A stretch of DNA of 64,000 nt from a virus. Positions 59,375 to 64,000 of the stretch are shown in pieces. Made by a program: the position numbers and the translations under genes. The notes below the pieces were generated by a model. The model searched no databases, was not told the DNA's origin, and saw nothing but the letters and a program-made list of their open reading frames with translations. Within the stretch, counting starts at the first letter, position 1, and each line of letters starts with the position of its first letter. The stretch lies in the IMG/VR virus record IMGVR_UViG_3300010160_002125, positions 3,352 to 67,351 of that record. One strand, given 5' to 3'.

Positions 59375-59399
59375 CACAGCCAGTTCTAGATGTTATTAT
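59371..59399 (+). promoter_or_regulatory. sigma70-like promoter TTGACA-N17-TATTAT
   Basis: TGn-extended -10, only 5 nt before the ATG (leaderless-like). Confidence 0.7.
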
Positions 59400-59404
59400 A
59401 ACGT

Positions 59405-60121
59405 ATGACATTATTACAAGAACGATATACCTACACCAAACTGACAAGAGACGAATCATCGGGCAAGCGTTTATATGCAACGCCCGATGGACATAAGGTT
59501 CCGTCAGTAACCACGATCCTAGACAAGACTAAACCAGCAGAAAGCCGTATTGCTCTTGCAAACTGGCGCAAAGCTGTTGGCGAAGCAAAAGCACAACAAA
59601 TTACCACTGAAGCTGCCAATCGCGGTACTAGGATGCATACTTACTTGGAAAACTATATTAAAGGTGAAACTTTAAAAGAAACAGTAAGTAACCCCTATGC
59701 ACAGCAAAGTCTAGTAATGGCCAAAAAAGTCATTGCAGAAGGTATGATACACGTTGACGAAGTATGGGGCAGTGAAGTACCTTTATACTTTCCCGAACTG
59801 TATGCGGGTACTACTGACTGTGTGGGCATACACAAGGGTGATCAAAGTATTTTAGACTTTAAACAGACAAACAAGCCTAAAAAGCGTGAGTTTATTGATG
59901 ACTACTTTATACAGCTAACAGCCTATGCTATGGCTCATAACGAAGTACATGGAACTAACATACGTAAAGGTGTTATTTTGATGTGCGTTAAACCCGAGGA
60001 GATTTCACCGGGAGTATGGGCAGAACCGCAGTACCAAGAATTCGTCCTAGAACCTGCAGACTTTGACTATTGGCAAGAACGCTGGTGTACAAGAGTATCA
60101 GAGTACTATCGCCTAGCATAA
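59405..60121 (+). CDS. PD-(D/E)XK exonuclease
   Basis: PSVTTIL, RGT.MH, E..L, YAGTTD, LDFK, QL.AY. Confidence 0.88.
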   Translation: MTLLQERYTYTKLTRDESSGKRLYATPDGHKVPSVTTILDKTKPAESRIALANWRKAVGEAKAQQITTEAANRGTRMHTYLENYIKGETLKETVSNPYAQQSLVMAKKVIAEGMIHVDEVWGSEVPLYFPELYAGTTDCVGIHKGDQSILDFKQTNKPKKREFIDDYFIQLTAYAMAHNEVHGTNIRKGVILMCVKPEEISPGVWAEPQYQEFVLEPADFDYWQERWCTRVSEYYRLA

Positions 60122-60154
60122 ATGGCATAAATACTCTATAATGGAGTGTTTACA

Positions 60155-61843
60155 ATGGCTGTAGTCCAAATATCACGAGTACAAGTACGCAGAGGGCGTA
60201 AAAATTCAGGAACTAGTGTTCCACAGTTAGCCAGCGGAGAAGTGGGTTGGGCTATCGACAGTCAAGAACTGTTCATTGGTAATGGGTCAATCCAAGAAGG
60301 TGCGCCCTATGTAGGCAATACCAAAATTCTTACTGAGCATGATAACATTCTTGACCTAGCACTACAGTATGAGTACAAGCGTACACTAGGCACTATACAA
60401 ACTGGTCCAACTGCCGGTACTCCTGTACAACGTACATTCCAACAGCGTCTTGACGATACAGTTAGCACTAGAAGTTTTGGAGCAATTGGGGACGGTTCTT
60501 ACAATGTGTCAACAGACGCATATACATTTACCACTGATGATACTGTAGCATTACAACGTGCCATTGATCAATTATATCTTAACGGTGTACCTGCAGGTGA
60601 ACATGTTTCTGAATCAAATAGAATTATCTTAAACATTGAACCTGGAATTTACAAGATCAGTGCAAGTATAAAAGTTCCGCCGTACGCTGTATTAAGAGGC
60701 GCAGGCAAGGATAAAACAGTTATTGTACAAACTACTAATGCTCCGGTGTTTCAAACAGTTGGCAGTCCAACTGTTGGTGTTATAGGATATGTTACACTGG
60801 TCAACATGACCACTTCTAATCAGCCAAAGTTTATAGATGTTAGTGGTATGACATTGAGAAGCACCACTTCAATGGCGCCAGTGGCAATTTTAGATTCTAC
60901 AACAAATTCTAATTTTAGTAATGTTAAATTTCAAAGTTCATTTGATTTGATTGAAAGTACTAAACATGAATATGACTCATGTGTTCAGTTACGTGCAACC
61001 AGCGGAGTAATTACTAGTAAAGATAATATGTTTATCAACTGTGATTTTGTCAACGCTAGTTATGCAGTTAATAGTACTTTTGATATTGTAGCAAATACTT
61101 TTGACAATTGTCTATTTTATAATCTAGGTGAAGGCGTAATATTTGGTCAATCAATTGATCCTTATACGCCTGGTCAACAAGAAGGGCCGAGAAGTAATTC
61201 ATTTTTAAATTCGCATTTTGATCTAATTAATGAACATGGTATTAATATCCTTGCTGGAAGAAATAACTTGTCACAAGGTAACAAATATTTTAAAGTGGGC
61301 AACGATGGTGGCAATAGTTCAACAGCCGCATATAGTGTGATAAACTTTGGTCAAGGCAGTAATGTTAGTGATAACGACTATTTCCAACGCAGTGAAGAAT
61401 TAACTAACAAAACTGGATTTCGTGACTATAGATATATTAGCGAAGTAAGTGGTGTTGCTCATAGCAATCACAAATATAATTTACAAGTGCTAGTACAAGC
61501 CAGTGCCATCAACAGCACATTTGCTCGTTTACCAGGCAATGCAAGTTCAAGAATTAATTTACACTATATCTATCGTAGTCAAAGCACTATGGTAGTGCGC
61601 CAAGGAACAATGTATATTACTGTTGATAAATTTAATAATGCTGTTAAATTAACTGATGAGTATGATATTACTGGTAATCCTGCAAGGTTTGAAAGTTTAT
61701 CATTTACTGCAACACTACAAGATCAACCAGTATTACCAGCTACTATTGGTGACGGTAATGCTGAAACTGTTTATATAAAATATACAAACAATACCGGCAT
61801 CGAATCTGGTTACATTAACTATTGGTACGAAATATTAAGTTAA
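60155..61843 (+). CDS. virion protein with pectin-lyase-like beta-helix
   Basis: MAVVQISRVQVRRG...QLASGE.GW, FGAIGDG, DDT.ALQRAID, PG.Y, LRGAG. Confidence 0.8.
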   Translation: MAVVQISRVQVRRGRKNSGTSVPQLASGEVGWAIDSQELFIGNGSIQEGAPYVGNTKILTEHDNILDLALQYEYKRTLGTIQTGPTAGTPVQRTFQQRLDDTVSTRSFGAIGDGSYNVSTDAYTFTTDDTVALQRAIDQLYLNGVPAGEHVSESNRIILNIEPGIYKISASIKVPPYAVLRGAGKDKTVIVQTTNAPVFQTVGSPTVGVIGYVTLVNMTTSNQPKFIDVSGMTLRSTTSMAPVAILDSTTNSNFSNVKFQSSFDLIESTKHEYDSCVQLRATSGVITSKDNMFINCDFVNASYAVNSTFDIVANTFDNCLFYNLGEGVIFGQSIDPYTPGQQEGPRSNSFLNSHFDLINEHGINILAGRNNLSQGNKYFKVGNDGGNSSTAAYSVINFGQGSNVSDNDYFQRSEELTNKTGFRDYRYISEVSGVAHSNHKYNLQVLVQASAINSTFARLPGNASSRINLHYIYRSQSTMVVRQGTMYITVDKFNNAVKLTDEYDITGNPARFESLSFTATLQDQPVLPATIGDGNAETVYIKYTNNTGIESGYINYWYEILS

Positions 61844-61846
61844 CTA

Positions 61847-62272
61847 ATGTTTGATAAAAAGTTTGAGGATCGTCTCAGAGCATGGCACGACTTTAGAGTA
61901 ACACTGTCTAACGATCCCAATCCAATACAGTCTACAATTGACTTTTGGAACCAAGCGCCTCAGGCAACTCGAAACATCGATCCATATGATTCTGCTTCGT
62001 GGCCTGACCCCTGGCAGATGATTGAAGAAAATTCATATTGCGAATATACTCGAACACTAGCCATTGTATACACTTTACAATTGACTGATCGATTTATGGA
62101 TTGGCAACCTGTTTTTAAAGTTGGCATTGACAAAAACGAGTCAAGACTGTATTATATGTGTATTATCAATGATAGTGTGTTAGGTGTTGACTTAGAAAAA
62201 AGTGTGCATATAACCCAGGTTCCAAAAGGTATACATATACAAAAGATCATCGAGCTTCCGGTAACTCACTAA
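61847..62272 (+). CDS. hypothetical phage protein
   Basis: WPDPWQMI..N.YC. Confidence 0.75.
   Translation: MFDKKFEDRLRAWHDFRVTLSNDPNPIQSTIDFWNQAPQATRNIDPYDSASWPDPWQMIEENSYCEYTRTLAIVYTLQLTDRFMDWQPVFKVGIDKNESRLYYMCIINDSVLGVDLEKSVHITQVPKGIHIQKIIELPVTH
62127..62155 (+). promoter_or_regulatory. internal sigma70-like promoter TTGACA-N17-TATTAT, probably for nrdA
   Basis: near-consensus, inside the preceding CDS. Confidence 0.55.
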
Positions 62273-62299
62273 ATATTCAACACTTTGCAAGAGAGAACA

Positions 62300-64000
62300 A
62301 TGACAACAATAACAGTAACAAAAAGAAGTGGTTTGAAAGAGCCATTAACGATCGACAAATGGCAGACACAGATTGCAAAGGTTTGTAGCGGTATAGCTGA
62401 CGTAAGTCAGTCAATGATTGAAATCAAAGCCCAACCACATTTTTATGATGGTATCACAACACAAGAGATTGATGAAATAACTCTACGTGCTATTGTGGAC
62501 CTAATCGACGTAGAATCAAATCCCGATATTGGACACACTAACTATCAATATGTAGCAGGCAAACAACGCCTAAGTATGCTACGTAAGGATGTATATGGCT
62601 CCTACGAGCCTCCCCACCTTTACGAAATAGTTAAGAAGAATGTCTCAACCGGGTTGTATACTCAAGAACTATTAACTTGGTATACAGAAGAAGATTGGAA
62701 TAAGATGAATGACATGCTGGATCATGAGAAAGATGAAGAGTATGGATACGCAAGCATCGAACAACTGATCGAAAAGTACCTAGTGCGTAATCGCGCCACA
62801 AAGGAAATTTATGAAACACCTCAAGTACGTTACATTGTCGCAGCCGCTACAGTCTTCCACAAAGAAGAACCTAACACAGCTCGTATGCGATTTATCAAAG
62901 AATATTACCAGGCAGCTAGTGACGGCCTATTCACTTTGGCTACTCCTGTTCTTGCTGGTCTGGGGACTCCTACCAAGCAGTTCAGCAGTTGCGTCCTCAT
63001 CAGATCAGACGACGACCTAGACAGCATTTTTGCCTCTGGCGAGATGATGGCCAAGTATGCCAGTAAACGTGCGGGGATCGGATTGGAAATCGGTCGACTA
63101 CGCCCATTGGGCTCCCCGATTCGCGGTGGCGAAATCATGCATACTGGTATGATCCCATTCCTAAAGAAATGGTTTGGCGATTTAAGAAGTTGTTCACAAG
63201 GAGGCATTCGCAATGCTAGTGCTACTGTGTTTTATCCTATTTGGCATCATCAGTTTGATGATCTTATTGTACTTAAAAACAATCAAGGTACTGAAGAAAC
63301 TCGAGTCCGACATATGGATTATGGGGTTGTCCTATCCGCCTTCTTCTGGAGAAGATTCAAGAACAAAGAAAATATAACTTTCTTTGATCCTAATCAAGTG
63401 CCGGACTTGTACGAAGCATTTTATAAAAACACTGAACTGTTTGAAGAACTATATGTCAAGTACGAAAAGCGCAAGGATCTACGTACTAAGACTATGAGTG
63501 CTGAAGAAGTATTCAAGAGTGGCATCTTAAAAGAGCGCACCGATACAGGGCGAATCTATCTAGTGTTTATTGACAACGTGATGAATCAAGGTCCATTTGA
63601 TCCTGAATACCACACAATTTATCAAAGTAACTTATGTTGTGAAATCCTATTACCTACTAAATCTTTTAAACGTCTTGATGATGTGGACGGCCGCATTGCT
63701 CTTTGTACGCTCGGTAGTATCAACTGGGGAGCATTCCGTAATCCAGAAGATATGCGCCGTGCTTGCCGCATTTTACAGCGTAGTCTATGCAACATACTTG
63801 ACTATCAAGACTTTTTAAGCATACAAAGCAAACTAAGTAATGACGAGATCCAACCCCTAGGAATTGGTGTTACCAACTTGGCTTATTGGCATGCCAAGCG
63901 TGGACTCAAGTATGGCGAGCGAGATGCACTACAAGATGTTAAAACCTGGATGGAGCATCAAGCCTACTATCTAACAGAAGCCACAGTAGAACTTGCTAAA
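62300..64000 (+). CDS. nrdA: class Ia ribonucleoside-diphosphate reductase alpha subunit, partial (not in ORF track)
   Basis: ATP-cone start MTTITVTKRSG, YETPQ, QFSSCVL, SCSQGGIR, QSNLCCEI, LCTL, PLGIGV; open to the window end. Confidence 0.95.
   Translation, partial: MTTITVTKRSGLKEPLTIDKWQTQIAKVCSGIADVSQSMIEIKAQPHFYDGITTQEIDEITLRAIVDLIDVESNPDIGHTNYQYVAGKQRLSMLRKDVYGSYEPPHLYEIVKKNVSTGLYTQELLTWYTEEDWNKMNDMLDHEKDEEYGYASIEQLIEKYLVRNRATKEIYETPQVRYIVAAATVFHKEEPNTARMRFIKEYYQAASDGLFTLATPVLAGLGTPTKQFSSCVLIRSDDDLDSIFASGEMMAKYASKRAGIGLEIGRLRPLGSPIRGGEIMHTGMIPFLKKWFGDLRSCSQGGIRNASATVFYPIWHHQFDDLIVLKNNQGTEETRVRHMDYGVVLSAFFWRRFKNKENITFFDPNQVPDLYEAFYKNTELFEELYVKYEKRKDLRTKTMSAEEVFKSGILKERTDTGRIYLVFIDNVMNQGPFDPEYHTIYQSNLCCEILLPTKSFKRLDDVDGRIALCTLGSINWGAFRNPEDMRRACRILQRSLCNILDYQDFLSIQSKLSNDEIQPLGIGVTNLAYWHAKRGLKYGERDALQDVKTWMEHQAYYLTEATVELAK

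Noticed and set aside
59405-60121. Cas4 of a CRISPR system
   Set aside because: PD-(D/E)XK motifs are present, but it lacks the four-Cys Fe-S pattern and any CRISPR context
62631-63818. Track ORFs 62631..62819, 62811..63020, 62905..63213 and 63597..63818
   Set aside because: All lie within the nrdA frame, which the track omitted because it runs off the window

Overview
This 64-kb window looks like part of a large (jumbo-type) lytic dsDNA tailed phage genome using the standard genetic code. It has TAAATA late-promoter-like motifs, sigma70-like promoters and no tRNA, rRNA or CRISPR that I could see. Layout: (1) 1-7.9 kb, small minus-strand hypothetical genes, including a paralogous W-F-x-L-R-W family and a Bug/TctC solute-binding protein. 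(2) 8-11.2 kb, YqgE, HNH nuclease, YbaN and 5-aminolevulinate synthase (hemA). (3) 11.3-36 kb, a ~25-kb biosynthetic island with seven radical SAM enzymes, a U32-like protein, a 2OG-Fe(II) oxygenase, a flavin halogenase-like protein, a split transketolase, sulfotransferase-like, glycosyltransferase, epimerase, cytidylyltransferase and deacetylase genes. (4) 36-45.6 kb, tail-fibre/LamG/collagen structural genes. (5) 45.7-59.4 kb, nuclease, hydrolases, a paralogous late-gene family, subtilase, ACP, nucleotidyltransferase and putative head proteins. (6) exonuclease, a pectin-lyase-fold structural protein and the start of nrdA. The most striking element is at 15.8-18.7 kb. Four tandem paralogues each end in (CTCNCNY)x4 followed by only the first 12 residues (SDxxxK...) of a peptidase-S74 tail-fibre chaperone, and the rest of that chaperone is a separate downstream gene. 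This suggests a split, shared autoproteolytic chaperone on Cys-rich virion proteins that may be radical-SAM substrates. A candidate A_AAA_AAG -1 frameshift lies at 59042-59048. Family assignments are from motif recognition only; no database searches were run.
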